A DNA stretch of 64,000 nt from Octopus sinensis (lineage: Eukaryota): NCBI RefSeq assembly GCF_006345805.1, contig NC_042997.1, positions 4,836,001 to 4,900,000 on the forward strand, read 5' to 3'. Position numbers and translations under genes: made by a program. Shown one piece after another: positions 11,314-25,804 of this stretch; within the stretch, counting starts at the first letter, position 1; each line of letters starts with the position of its first letter. The notes under the pieces are model-generated. The model was given only the letters and a program-made list of their open reading frames with translations, was not told the DNA's origin and ran no database searches.

Positions 11314-14300
11314 TTAACCTGAGTCATTTTTTGGCAGAAACATTTGTATGTTACATATGTATATTTATTATATCTATGAAACACGTTTCAAATATTTCAG
11401 ATACCAATCTATTCTATAACAGATCATTTTATTGAGTTTTTTCTGACAAACTTAGAAACTTTCTTTGTTTGAATTATTGGAAAGTGGTGGATAGGACGTT
11501 ATTTATAGTCTCTTAGACGTCACGCTGTTTGGGAATGTAGATTTCTGTAATATTAACCTAGGGAGTGTATAATAATTAACCAGATATAAATGTAATGTGT
11601 TTGCAATACAAAGTTAAAATCATTCCCACTTATTTACCTTACATCTTCCAGTTTTAAGGGTCTTACACCAGTCGTCAATATAAATAGGTATAATCAAAAT
11701 CAAATTTTGTTGTTATCGGTACTTAGATTAATATTATATACATTCCATCAATTTAAAAGTATATGACTGAGTGAATATTTTAATGCTATTCTACTAGTGT
11801 TATAGCAGCATCTTTTTGAAAGTGAAAAAAAAGAAGCTTATATTTAGTTACTCTGTGTATATATTATCGAAACAGCCTACATGATTTAAAATATTCATAA
11901 ATGTTTGTTTTTGTGACTAATATACTCTCTTTTTTCTGTCCGATGGGATATTTACTTCTGAAAATGAAATGCTTTGTTAAACAATACAATTGCATCATTA
12001 TAAATGTCAAATGAAGCAAACAAATGTTGTGGCTGCATAGCGAAAATTATCTATCGTATATTTTGAGCTTTGCTTATTCTTTCAATTCGTCGATTGAGAA
12101 AAGTACAATGAATAATTTCAAATAACATTTGATGTTTAAAAAGGTTCATTGTTGTTTTTAACGTTACATTGAAACTACTTGAAGCTTTAGCGGGCGCATT
12201 TTTGTTTGAATATATCCTTGTAAGACGCACAATGTACTCACGTAGCTTTGCGTTTTCGGTTCGTCATATGACAGAAAAATTGTCGTCATCAACCATAGGC
12301 AATGTTACACATGTAGCCGCAAACGAAATCGTGCCCTCTAAATCGTATTCGCTAGTTCAAAAGGTTAAATTTAGAAACCAGTACTGAGTAATAAATGGAA
12401 GGAAAAAAAATAGCAGATGAACTTTAAGCAACTGTTGGCAAATGTTTTATTAAATTTGCTGAAAGCAATAGTCAAAAATTCAAACGATCCTCAGAAGTTA
12501 TACATCAAACGGTAAGAGTAAAGTTTTGGAAAATATAAATGTATCTAAAGCAATATATGTATTCTTTGGAAAGGAGAAAGTAGAATGTAATGAAAAGAAC
12601 ATTACGAATGATTACCGTTCAAGTTTATTATTTTACTATTGGAGCAAACGTAATTCAGTTAAGTAAAAGTGAATCAATAGTATGGTGAATGCAGTCATTG
12701 TTTCTATAGATTTATCGGTTTTAAAATGGATATACATATAACGTAGTACTCACCGTAATGTACGCAATCGATCTTTGAGAGAGAAAAAAAAGTAGCTATT
12801 GTTGATCTACATCAAACTAAATATGAAAACATTAGGGATGGTGAGATATATACAGTATACACAACAGCTGAAAGCGTATTTATGTCGCGTTCATTATCAA
12901 AAAGAGATTTTCCTTGTAAAAAGATGAGATTCAATGATTTGCAAAGAGTTAAGCTAAAATGTCGTTCGAAATATAAGTAAGCTTTCAAAAGGGTGAGATT
13001 TCATTCAAAGGCAGTACGCATCTGATGACTAGGTTTTATTGAGTTCTACTTTGGCTATGTTGTAACTGAATACCCAGAATTAATGAGCGAAGCTAAACTC
13101 GGGAAAATGCAAACAAAAGAGATATTTAGATGAACCCTCATTTCACTAGTATACATGTAATGCAAATGATGTTCAAAAACTGAAGTACACTGACCACATT
13201 CCCTTCGTTTCTCACTCGCTTCTTCACTCTCTTTTTTAGTCTCCTTTAAACGTAAACATATTTTATGCCAGATAGCTACATATAGAAGAATGGGTGATAG
13301 AAAATATGTAGAGAATATATGTTCATTAGATGAATTGAAATTTTAAATCCCTCTAGTTACTGACCGGTTTAAGTTGAGAATCAAATCATTTCATTGATAT
13401 TAGGTGGATTGTATTTTAGAAAAAATAATAACAAATAAAGTCTGGGTTTTGTAACCAAGAGAGATTATAGCTTCAACTTACTCAATAATTTTACAAATAC
13501 TATTTTTTTAATCGCGGAAATTAGAGAACATTAGTAGACTATTAACTACCGGATTATATATATAAAAAAAGGGTATGTATAAGGGGAAAGAGTAGAAAAA
13601 GAAACAAAATCCAATGAGTTATTTCTAAGGGCTACTCGTAAGGGCCCTACAAAATCATGGTCACTCTGGCCACTTAGACAACTGTTCTCTCAGATTTTTA
13701 TTCCTCCAATCTTCAGGCACATACTCAGAACAGGCCCATTCACTCGGACGTTGCTCGCTACACTCATATAGTGTTCCACAAATTTACTGTGATGCAGGAA
13801 GTGAAGCAGAAACTCCCTCTCCGTCTTCACTTCACTTTTCATGTGAAACTCGAAGAAACTCATCAGGACTTGTCCATAGTGGAAGGCATTTGCCTTCACT
13901 TCTGTCAATCTTGTCCATCACACTAGCTCCTCTTACAGCTACCAGACTGACGAAGATTGTCCTCCCAGTTGAAAAAAGCGATTTTCTTAGTGGATTCATT
14001 TTGGATATCCGGTGCATATGTTACAGTACGTGTTAGGCATAACTCTACAAGTTGCCAATGCACAGGCACTGGCCGATTGCTTGCAGACTTGTTCATGATG
14101 TCCACAACAAGCATTTCGGAAGACCACGGATATCGACAAGCGCACAATCCACTAGAATCGTTTTGTCTGAATTCCGAAAATCTGTTTGAGTACTGACATT
14201 GGGAAAGTTAGATTCAAAGAAAAGTCTATCTATACTCTCAATACATATGATCAGGAAGAAGAGAGCTTGCATGTAAGAGGATCTCCACAGGAGAGTGGAG

Positions 14301-14469
14301 ATTTATTAGTGGTACTTGATATGAGTTGTTGGAGATGCACACTTTCTCATCGAAGGATGCTTGCGGTGATGAATCTATATCTAAATTAAGTGGCCTAGTT
14401 AGCAATCCCCATTTTACCTACTGGGGACACGAGAAATTATATCTATATCTTAATGCTAATTGCACAAAG

Positions 14470-14860
14470 TTACTGCATGGTCCCGTTTATCAATAACCAA
14501 GTAATTGGGCCAGTCTTGTTTTACTGGTCACATATACTCGACCATCCTGCAACAATTCACCATGTCGTGCCTTCAAGAATATCTGCAGAATTATTTTCAG
14601 CCTGATGGGGCACCCCAACATCACTAGAGTAATGTAAAGGATATCTTAGATGAGATTTTGTCAAACAGAGTAACTGGACGAAAGGAATTGATAGAATACT
14701 CTCCATATTCGCTAGACGACATAGCACATTTTTGTTATATTTTTGCGGATATAAGACAAATTTTACTGTACAGACCCGGCAACAATCGATGAATTGAGGA
14801 CATTCATTTAACGAGAATGGGAAGAAATACCGAATAGACGTTGATAAAATTATAAAAGTG
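14470..14860 (+). mobile_element. ancient Tc1/mariner-superfamily transposase DDE remnant
   Basis: Frameshifted motifs IGP, F(Q)PDGAPQH, RVTGRKELIEYSPYS and DPATIDEL...EWEEIP follow the order of the conserved QDGAP..H / WPPRSPDL / P.T.DEL...W..IP motifs. Confidence 0.6.
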
Positions 14861-15479
14861 AGTCTGCTGTAGTATTAATTAAATTTTGAGAATTGAATGT
14901 ATTTTAATAAACACTGATTTTATAATCGCTGAATGTGTCTATGCATATAGGGCAACACTCTTTACACACATACATACGTATGTGTGTATGTATGTGTGCG
15001 TGTGTGTGTGTGAGTGTGTGTGTAATGTAGTTTTTAAATCGAATCAGCAAAAGAAACATCCAATTCAACCTATAAGCATGTAAACTTTAGCTATTATTTT
15101 AATAATATTCACAGTATGCCTCGTCTAATATTTTTATCTTCACATTTGACTACTCCACAGAGAAGTAAAAAGCGTTATATACCGTTTAAACGGTATCAAA
15201 ATATTCGAACAAAGAGAACATAACAAGTAAGCATATTAAAAAGAAAGCAACACGTTTACACACAACACTTAATTACAGTTTCACGTACAAACATTATTTG
15301 GATATACAGGCCAATTAAATGAACTTGTGATGATATGTCCGAATCATATTTATAGACACGTTGCTACAAGCTGGATAATATCTCGTATGAATATGTTTCG
15401 TTGGATATGATGTTTTTTTTTCAGAGAAACCATATACATCTTAATGGTATCAAATTTTTGCAAAACACCAGCAATTTTG

Positions 15480-15660
15480 AGTGATGGGGTAAGTCGTTTA
15501 CATCGCCCCTGTTGCTGAACTAGTTTTTATTTTATCAACCTCCAAATGATGAAAGGCAAAGTCGATTTCAGCGGAATTTGAACATAGAAAGTAAACTGAC
15601 TAAATACTGCTAAGCTTTTTATCCTGACGTGTTAACTTTTCTGTCAGCTCGCCGCCTTTT
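15480..15660 (-). mobile_element. second tRNA-derived SINE family, decayed copy
   Basis: GATGAAAGGCAAAGTCGATTTCAGCGGAATTTGAAC...AGCTCGCCGCCTT. Homologous to the copies at 54331-55290. Confidence 0.65.
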
Positions 15661-16565
15661 TCATAATACTAACATTTAAAATTGTATAAGTAAAGCCAAT
15701 GAGAATCCATTCGTAGATCCCCATTTAAGGTTGCTACTATCCTATTTTCTAAACTTTCATATGATTTCAAGTGCTGGCGATGGCTCTGACGGAAATATTT
15801 AACCCAAAACTGCGTTATCATAAAATGTGTAAACATGACGTAGAAAATCGGAACACTTACAAATCCATTTTCGACACCATAAAAATTCAGCCATTTTAGT
15901 GCTAAAGTCTAATGGGACTTATCGACTACAGAAAAATGTTTAAAGGGAAATATCGACCTATTTTGTGTTAAAACAATAACACATAGATAATTTCGTGCGG
16001 AGCTATTACATATTCTACGTGCCATAATGTTGACTTAGGGACATCTTGAAAAATAATATATTTACGCAATTCATTGAAAGAATCCGACAAACAAGGATCA
16101 TCAGTTAATTTAAATTATTGTTTCATAACAATTATTAGGAAATATAACAATATAACATCATCTGGAACTTTTACAAAGGCATCTTAATATATCTAATTAG
16201 TATTCCAGTTAAAATAAATGGTAAGGGTATATTTGAATATCTTTATCGAAATCACTACATCTTGATGCATTTTGATACACACTGTCTAAGTAATTATTCA
16301 TATTTCTAGAAGATATAGCAAATATATTCTTCCATGCATATTTAGTGTCGAACAACTATATATGTAAACACAGCTGAGTACGCACATGAGTGAATGCATG
16401 ATTATATATACATATATATGTGTGTGTGTGTGCGTGTATATATATATTGGCCTGATCGCTAAGCCCGCGGGGTGGCGTCATTCGAAGGCTAAAACAATGT
16501 GAACGCATTGTGACCAGTGATGCGTAACTATATCTGATGGACTGGTCGGTCACGTGATCACGTGA

Positions 16566-16626
<61 letters not shown>

Positions 16627-17018
16627 ATATATGTATGTATGTATGCGTGTACCTGTGTGTGTATGTGTCTGTTTAGAGAGGAGATTAAAACTGAGAGAAA
16701 AGCTTAAGAGGCTTCAAACAATGAAATACATAATTAAGAAAGGAAAATGAAATGAAGTGACGAAAATCATTTGAGAAAATGATTTCACCTTCAATAAAAC
16801 AAAGATAACATCTACATGTTTATCAAAATACGCTCCGGAGTTCAATTAATAATGCTGTAAGTGAAAGGAGATCAATGTGAAAAAAATTAAATTTCATTTA
16901 ACAATTTTGGAACTACAAAAGAATTTTCCGCCAAAATTTACGGTGCTAGCAATTAGTCAGATTCGGTGCTGATGGTGGTGGTGGTGGTTGTAGTAGTAGT
17001 AATAGTAGTATTAGCATT

Positions 17019-17098
<80 letters not shown>

Positions 17099-17314
17099 AG
17101 AGTTTGTATTACAGAATATATCATCTTCGAGCACATCTGGGTATTCCCGCCGTCGATTGTGTATGTAGGAGTTTAATATTAAATTAGTAACATATAGATA
17201 CACATTCGAAGTTCCACATCAAGCAAATTATTCGCAGTGTAAACATACAATACAAAATACAGTAGTACCGCGGTTTTCGAACAACTCTGGTCTCCAATAA
17301 ATTGTGCTTTATAT

Positions 17315-17388
<74 letters not shown>

Positions 17389-17552
17389 TAGTAATGATAG
17401 GGAAACAAAGGAATGAATGAGACCTCAATATTATGTAAATAGAGGAATTTATCTGTAATAGGATATGTGACAATTATTCAATTATTCTGTTGGCATAATA
17501 AAACTCCAAGTTTCAAATGTCGGGCCGGAAATCTGTTACGGCATCTCGTCAG

Positions 17553-17593
<41 letters not shown>

Positions 17594-18728
17594 GAGAGAG
17601 AGAGAAAGAGGAGAGAGAGAGAGGGGGGACTAGATATATAGATAGATAGATAGATAGGTAGGTTAGATTTCAGTTAACAGTTAACCACAACGATCAGTAT
17701 CTAACGCCTGTGGCTACAATTAGTTATTAGTTACACCATTAATTCTTTCGTTTGTTAATTCCGTGTACTCTTAGCTGTTGGATAAATAGTCTCTGGTGTT
17801 TATATTACTATTAGAAATAAAAAAATTGTGGAAACTTGTATATACACAAAATATCTTATAACTATATACAGCAAATTATAATGACTTACACGTGTTTCCG
17901 CAGCAACAACAACACACTGTTACAAATACATCTTTGCAATATTGTTGGTGCAGCTTCATCGTTGTCTGTCCATTTCGTTATACTGAAAGTGAACTGACTA
18001 CAGCAAAGTTTTTTTAGTGTTTTGAGAGCGTTACAAGTGTTGCTATTTGTAGCTATGTGCTGCTCACCACAACTTCACTCCAGTAAGCGTCCGAAGTTAG
18101 GGCTTCCACTCAAATCTGTACCGTCAAGATTATTATTTTGTAAGGCACTTCGTTCGTTTTGATGGTTGTGTATGTTATGTCGTTGATTTCAAGTGTAGTG
18201 CGTGCATTGCATGGTTCATGTATGTTTATATTCATCTTTTGTTTGGCTCCTCATGATTTGTATTTTATATCAGGTAGGTATTGGGTCTCTTTTATATATT
18301 ACTGATTGTTATCAAATATTTTTATGTTTAGCTTATCTTATTCTATTTTTTATATCCAGCTCAATTTTTTTTGGGGCGTTGGCTATCTAAAATTATTCCT
18401 ACATCTCTTAAGGCACCTACCGTGTTTCTGTAAACATCGTAGGGCTTGTCCGTGCCTAGTATTAATAAATGTATGTTTGGATATAAATACTTGGTAATGT
18501 CTTTCAATAAATACATCCCATCTATTTCACCCTACACGATAAGGCTTGCGGCGTTTATTTAGTTCTCAATCAATAGAAGAGTCATTGTTTTTCTCTGGAA
18601 CTGTAGTCCACTTCGAAATCCACAACGTTTCTATCCAATAAACACTTTTTCCTGAAAGTTCTTTCTTATATTTTCTATAGATTGCTTGAAGCTCACCTTT
18701 CTACACTTGGATCCGCAGACTTATATAG

Positions 18729-18760
<32 letters not shown>

Positions 18761-18762
18761 TA

Positions 18763-18848
<86 letters not shown>

Positions 18849-18859
18849 TATATATACAT

Positions 18860-21290
18860 ATAGCAGGGGCACACGACGTTGCCCTGCAGTGCAATTGTTT
18901 TTTTTATATATTGGAAAAGTAAAATGTGTTATATACAAATTTGCTATTCTAAATTCAATATTTGTTTTTTATCTGCAATACAAGTTAGTCCAATAAAATT
19001 ATTCATAAAACAAAAAATATAATATTTTAAAGGAAAGGAAAATACAAAATTTGCCTTTTTATGAAGGGAGATGAATTCTATCCCAGATGTTGAATGAAAT
19101 TACGTAGGCGAATCTTGGTAATGAACATTTCTTGTTTTCTGGTATGGGGCATAGACAAATAAGTCTTGCGAACTACCAACCATGGAGCAACCAACATAAA
19201 GTTGTCCATGAGAAAATAAGGCTTAATTATGTGCAAGCCAGTAGGTTTCAAAGTATGACCTTAAGTTTTATTAATAGACATTGCAAAGTAAATTCGCACT
19301 AGGAATTGTGCTCATATGAATTCAAATAGCATATCTGTTTGCTTGATTTGCATTCTTGGATGACCCCCCCCCCCGAGGCACATCCAATTATGATGATATT
19401 TCTATAACATAAGGTGATGAGGGCTTCACAATCTAACTTGTCACATTGCATAATTTTCGAGGAGCTAAATTTCTTTGAAGCATTATTAGGAGTCCTACCT
19501 TCAAAAACGAGGAAGTCCAGGTGGCTCAAGAAAATTAAGGAACTCTGTTGGGTAATGGACAGATTGATTTTCACTGAATCAACTGACTTCTACTACTTAA
19601 TGACTTAAAATATGCTATTGTTTCGTTTTTGGAGCAAGGATTGCCCTTTCACACAACCGTTTGGGTGAATTATAATTATTGCCTAAGTCTGGAAATACTC
19701 TGTTCTTCAATTCAATCGGGGATTTCCCTATGATTATATTATGAGCCAAAGTGATATCACCATTCCAATCAAATGTTACTTTCTAAATGGAGAAGCTAAG
19801 TGGAAAACTGTTCTGCACATTGATCCCCATCTAATATACTTTGAATGTTACTACTGAAGGAGAATTTCAGTACTTTAGTCTATAGGTGCGAATACTCAAT
19901 CCATACTTCTATTTCATCAGATCTTGTTCGTCACGGAATTACTGGTAATGTATATCTCATATCTCCTAATAGAACTAATGTATCATCTCCCATATATTTA
20001 TTCTTACCTCTTATGTTCTGCAAGCTCTCATGAAGAGCTTCCATTGCACCTGTGTCACAGTATATTCATGCCAAATGATCAAGTGGCGTTAGCGCAACAC
20101 TTCTTTTCAACCTGAACCTTTGCTTATATAACAAAATTGATTGTCATTTGTGACCAGATATAGCGGTAGTATAAAAGCAGAAGTAGCTGTTCCTCCTCCA
20201 GGGATAATAGAGACAGTAAAGCCAGACAATTCTACAGAAACTTCAATACTATCTGTTGCCTTGCTTTTGAGAGAAGCAATGTTGTTACAAATGCTTTCGC
20301 TGTGCCACCAGGAACATAAAGAAAGAAAATTCTCCAACTTTGATCTGACTGACGAAATAATTTTATCATATGCCACGTGTTTTTTCTGAAAGAAGTTTAG
20401 GTTCATGTTCATTCACAATGGCAGCAAAATCTCTGATGTCATAACTTGTCTCTCTTGAAGTTAAATCACTAATTTGACAGTTTATTTTTGGCAGTTCAGA
20501 GACAGAATTTTGTAAATTTTTGCTTCCCATGGCCAAAACTTGATCCTCAATTTCAGTCAGTCCTTGGTTTTAAATGTTGTCAGAGAACTAAATATTGATA
20601 TCTGGGTTGGCCTGATCAACTGCATATTTTTAAGTCCTCAGCTATGTCATCATGATGTTTCATCCATAGATGTAAGGGACTGCGAAGTTGACACATGTTC
20701 AGTATAATTGCAAAAAGATTACGAAGAATTCTTGAGAATATGAGACAAATATTTCAGTCAATGCGAGTTCTCAATGCTCATCATTTTCTAAAACAACTTG
20801 TCGAGAGCATGTTTCCCTTGTCGAGAACATTTACCCCCCTTGAATCTTGGAATTATTTGGGACCACTTACTTCATACCAAAGGAGACGTAGGTAGTAGCA
20901 TTATACTTTTCCTCTTGTGATATTTATTGTTTCTCCATACATAATGCCTAGGTAATTGTGAGTAACGAGTTTTCTTGCAATTCATCTACTTGATACAGCT
21001 TTAAAAATGCAGTAAGTGTACATTCTTTTGGAGAAAGCGCTTGTTTCAAGGCTGTTTTGTAAAGAAAACCCTGCGGCAATTATGTAGACAGACACTGAGA
21101 TGAATGATCACTGAGTGCCTCTCATGAATGGTAAAATTGAAGATGCATTAAAAAAGCCACATTGCTACTCTCGTACTGTGCAACGTCGTCATTTTTATTT
21201 ATCTGCTAATTGCCATTCTACATAAAAGTGTATGTAAACATGCTTAATAGAGTAATAGAATGCAGAATTCAGCAATGACTCTGCCTACCC
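18860..21290 (-). mobile_element. decayed Helitron (end of Rep region, linker, PIF1-like helicase) with 3' terminal hairpin
   Basis: Frameshifted - strand motifs in the correct order: YLRLLL..V.GP, LRNLFAIIL, IIPGGGTATSAFILPL...C.ISKGSG (cf. LLPGGRTAHSAFKLPL), YPTEFLNFLEPPGLP...RNLAPRKLCN, FAMSINK and FSHGQLYVGCS. The terminus reads GGGCAACGTCGTGTGCCC-CTGCTA near 18860. Confidence 0.85.
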
Positions 21291-22171
21291 GTACTTGTCT
21301 TTGCTTTACTGTAGAATACTGATCCTCTACCTCTACCCCATCTCCTCTTGTAAAGAGTGGGAACATTCTTCTTGGAAACATTTTTGAAAATTTAAAAAGG
21401 GATTAAACGAAAAAATAATGACTTACGAGAATAGCTTCACAAGAGTGATTGAAATAAATACCGATTGTGGAAGGCCCCACGAAGGCAACCACACATGTCC
21501 GCACGCACACGCATACATACAGTATGAAGCAACAGATGAAATAGACACGTGTGTGTGTAACAAAGACTGAATGAAGTGGCGTGTTGTCCTGTATAACTAC
21601 TTAAATAAATATGCATACACCTTTGTATGTATGTGTGCCTGTGCGTGCGTGTGAAAATGAGAGTGTGTGTGCGTCACTTAGATATCTCTCGCTCTCTCTC
21701 TCTCACACACAAACATAATAACGCATTGAAACCTGTGTTGTGTGTGTGTGTATGTTTTAGTGTGAGTGTGTGTGAAAGAGAGAGGGAGGGAAAGAGAGTA
21801 GGGTGAGGGAACATTCGAAACAATGAATGAAATAAACATAAAATGAAACAAACGCAACGGACATTTAAATTTCTGAACTTGGTAAATATTCCTTCCATTA
21901 TTTTATAGTAGTCGTTTGCAAATAGCGAATTAAAACTTGAAATGAATACATTAAAAAAAGAGAAGGAGAGGTTTTACTAATAAAAACGGAACATTTCACC
22001 TTTGCTACAGAAGTTGACATTGAGAGTATTGTTTAAATGTAAATTATATATACAAAGCTATATAATATATTTTTAATCAAAAAATACAGAGGACCCTATT
22101 ATGTATCCGAGATCAGATTATTTATGATACACAAGCATGGGAGCATTTCCAGCAGTAGTTGATATATATAT

Positions 22172-22267
<96 letters not shown>

Positions 22268-22272
22268 TATCG

Positions 22273-22684
22273 CGCAGGAGTGGCTGTGTGGTAGTAGCTT
22301 GTTAACCAACCACATGGTTCCGGGTTCAGTCCCACTGCGTGGCATCTTGGGCAAGTGTCTTCTGCTATAGCCCCGAGCCGACCAATGCCTTGTGAGTGGA
22401 TTTGGTAGACGGAAACTGAAAAGAAGCCCGTCGTATATATGTATATATATATATATGTATGTGTGTGTTTGTGTGTCTGTGTTTGTCCCCCTAGCATTGC
22501 TTGACAACCGATGCTGGTGAGTTTACATCCCCGTCTCTTAGCGGTTCGGCAAAAGAGACCGATAGAATAAGTACTGAGCTTACAAAGAATAAGTCCCGGG
22601 GTCGATTTGCTCGACTAAAAGGTGGTGCTCCAGCATGGCCGCAGTCAAATGACTGAAACAAGTAAAAGAGTAAAAGAGAAAGAG
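22273..22684 (+). mobile_element. full-length tRNA-derived SINE with internal (TA)/(TG) microsatellite
   Basis: A box TGGCTGTGTGG at 22281, B box GGTTCAGTCCC, internal microsatellite, and a (GTAAAAGA)n-like tail. Confidence 0.88.
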
Positions 22685-22738
22685 TATATGTATAATATAT
22701 GTATATATATATGTATATATATATATGTATATATATAA

Positions 22739-22810
<72 letters not shown>

Positions 22811-22880
22811 TGATAGATATACATATATATTTGTATGTATAGCTATCTATCTATCTCTCTCTCTATATATATATATATAC

Positions 22881-22910
<30 letters not shown>

Positions 22911-22914
<4 letters not shown>

Positions 22915-25500
22915 CTTTGAAGAATGCCTTAGCAAAGTCAAATCCTACCTTCGGAAGTACAACTTCGAAAACATACTAGTGATGGGTGATTTTAACCTCC
23001 CTCATGTGAACTGGCTCACAAATACTCTGAAGTTAGCAGCATGCTCTACATCAGATGTAGCAGCAGCAGAACTGCTCTTTAATCTAATGAATGAATTCTT
23101 CCTGACTCAGCTAGTGCTCGAACCAACGAGACAGAATAAAACGGTCTTGGATCTGGTATTGACCAATCACTCTAGCTTCGTTCACAGTATTTCAGTTGAA
23201 AAGACTCTCATCTCAGACTACGACATGGTACTCTTCAATTTTAATTCCCGATATATAAAACCAAACCAGCCTATCCCACTCCATGGCACTCATTTGACAA
23301 CATAAACTTCCACAAAGCGGACTAGGGAGCAATCAGAAAGGATCTGTCTCTCATCGGCTGGTCTTTTACTCTCAATTCTACCCATATTGAGACCGCATGG
23401 CAGCATTTTGAGAACATTGTCAACCATACATACTCTAAGCACGCTCCCACGAAATCTACTAATACAAACAGAAACCGGCTCCCTAAAAAGAAAAAAACAC
23501 TCATCAGGCGCATCAAAAGACTCAATAAAACAATCAACCAATTAAAATATTCCCACATACAACATCCACATTCAATAACAATGAAAAGGCAAGAGCTGGA
23601 AAGACTTCATTTGCAGACCAACGGGGAGGAACAGTGGGTAATCAAAAACATCAAACAGATCCCAAAAGTGTTCTATTCTTATGCAAATAAGCATAGAACC
23701 ACTGTCTCACCCATTGGGCCATTAATTGATGATAACGGCATTCCCCAACACGATGCTAAAGAAATGGCAGAAATACTGCAGAAACAATACTGCTCTGATT
23801 TTAGCGTTCTCACTGATATTGACATAAGAGAAGCGAACGAAGTTGATTCCCAACAAAAAATCTCAGACATAATCTTCACTGCCACTGACATCATACCAGC
23901 AATAAATGAGTTCAAATACTACTCTACTGTAGGCCCTGACAGATTCCCCGCTAGTCTCCTGAAGGAATGTAGACACCAACTTGCAGTCCTTCTGACCAAC
24001 CGCTGGAGAAATTCATTAGACGCAGGTTATATACCGAAACATTTTCTATCCCATTCAGTCATCCCGATTTTCGAACAGGGAAACAGATCCCTCGCAGTCA
24101 ACTATCACCCAATCTCACTCACCTCCCACAACATTAAAGTGTTTGAAAGTGTGTTAAGATCAAGGATAGCTGACTTCCTGGAGACCCACAAACTCCTAAA
24201 TGCAAATCAGCATAGCTTTCGCTGTGACAGGGACTGTCTAACACAGCTCTTACACCAGATTGAAAATATACTCAAAGCCTTGGGAACATGTTCGAACTCT
24301 AATGTCATATATCTTGACTTCAGTAAAGTGTTCGACAGGGTAGACCATAATATCCTACTCTCAAAATTGGCAAATGTTGGAATCCGTGGAAAATTTCTAC
24401 ACTGGATTAAGTATTTCCTGGCGAATATAACACACAATGTTGTAGTTGATGGAGTCCACTCAAGCCCAGCAAAAGTCACCAGCGGTGTCCCCCAGTGGAC
24501 TGTCTTGGGTCCGCTACTCTTTATAATTTACCTAAACGACCTTCCCAGTGTCGTACATTACTGCAATGTGAAAATACTTGCTGATGCCACTAAGCTCCAG
24601 CAAATCGTCAATGAAGAAGCAGACCGAACTCAACTCCAGTCTGATCTACATACTGTGAGTCAATGGGCAGACAGAAGCAAAATGCAAATGAACCAGGGAA
24701 AATTTGAGCTAATGCATTTTGGAAGAAATTCCTCACTTAAACAGCCATACACTCTTCCTTCAGGGGAACCGCTCACAGCTTCTAACAATATCAGAGACCT
24801 GGGTGTAATTGTTGATGAGTTCCTGGATCTTAAGTACTTTCCGGTCCAGAGAACAAGGTGTCATCATATAACCTTTCTCCTTTGTACGGTCACACCTCGA
24901 ATACTGCTGCCCACTGTGGTCTGCACATACAAGACAAAACATCTCGAGGATTGAATCACACCAGAGCGCACTCACTAAACTAATTGAAGGCATGGCTGCT
25001 CTCGATTGTTGGGATCGCCTTACAGCCTTGAAACTCTACTCTCTCCACGTCGCCGTGAGCGGTACATCATTTGTACGATGTGGAGAATATACCGCCAACT
25101 TTGCCCAAACGACCTGAACATTAGCTTGAAGGTTTATCCAAGACTGGGACCACGGGCCATACGTCCCCTGCCCAATTCAAGATCACATCATACATGTACA
25201 CTGCAACATAATTTCTTTTCCTCACCAGACCCTACCCTATTTAACATTGTCCCGAAAGAGATCAAAGAGGAAAAGGATCCTATCAACTTTAAACGGAGTC
25301 TGGATAGATTCCTTCAAGGAATATCAGATAAGCCACCCATAATTGGATACAACTCACCCAACAAAAACCACTACTTGAATGGACCATAAACAAAACTTGA
25401 CATAAACAGGATTCAAATAATCCTCTCAGGTGGTGCTATTAAGTTAGACATGTCCTGGACCAATCTTTGGTCGAAACATATCTAAGTTTTCTCTAAGTTT
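22911..25500 (+). mobile_element. CR1-like LINE, 5'-truncated and decayed (APE C-terminus, RT, 3' UTR with ATCTAAGT-type repeats)
   Basis: ILVMGDFNLPHVNW and LDLVLTN (APE); VIYLDFSKVFDRVDH, SGVPQWTVLGPLLF and ADATKL (RT); SLE...RRRERY; tail ATCTAAGTTTTCTCTAAGTTTT. Confidence 0.9.
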
Positions 25501-25540
25501 ATATATATATATTTATATATATTATTTGTATATATAGTTT

Positions 25541-25632
25541 TAAATTTACATAAATATTGACGACTATAAGTCTGTCTATTTAATTCTGTCATGTGTCTGT
25601 GCTAATACGTACATACATATATGCATATATAT

Positions 25633-25666
<34 letters not shown>

Positions 25667-25804
25667 CCTATATATATATATATATATATATATATGGAGA
25701 GATACATATATATATGTATGTATATATGTACGTACGTATTAACACAGACACATGACAGAAGTAAATATACCGCCTTATAATCGTCAATATTTAAGTAAAT
25801 TTAT
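25541..25804. repeat. MITE-like inverted repeat (~80-bp arms) around a (CT)n(TA)n core
   Basis: TAAATTTACATAAATATTGACGACTATAAG...CTGTCATGTGTCTGTG on the left is mirrored by ACAGACACATGACAG...CTTATAATCGTCAATATTTAAGTAAATTTA on the right. Confidence 0.7.

Noticed and set aside
13660-14390. GC-richer island possibly derived from an RTE endonuclease (TYAP motif on the - strand)
   Set aside because: One short motif only, which is insufficient without a profile search.
16450-16570. Short GC-rich segment ending in tandem CACGTGAT (E-box-like)
   Set aside because: It looks like a repeat tail beside (TA)n. There is no nearby gene start to support a regulatory call.
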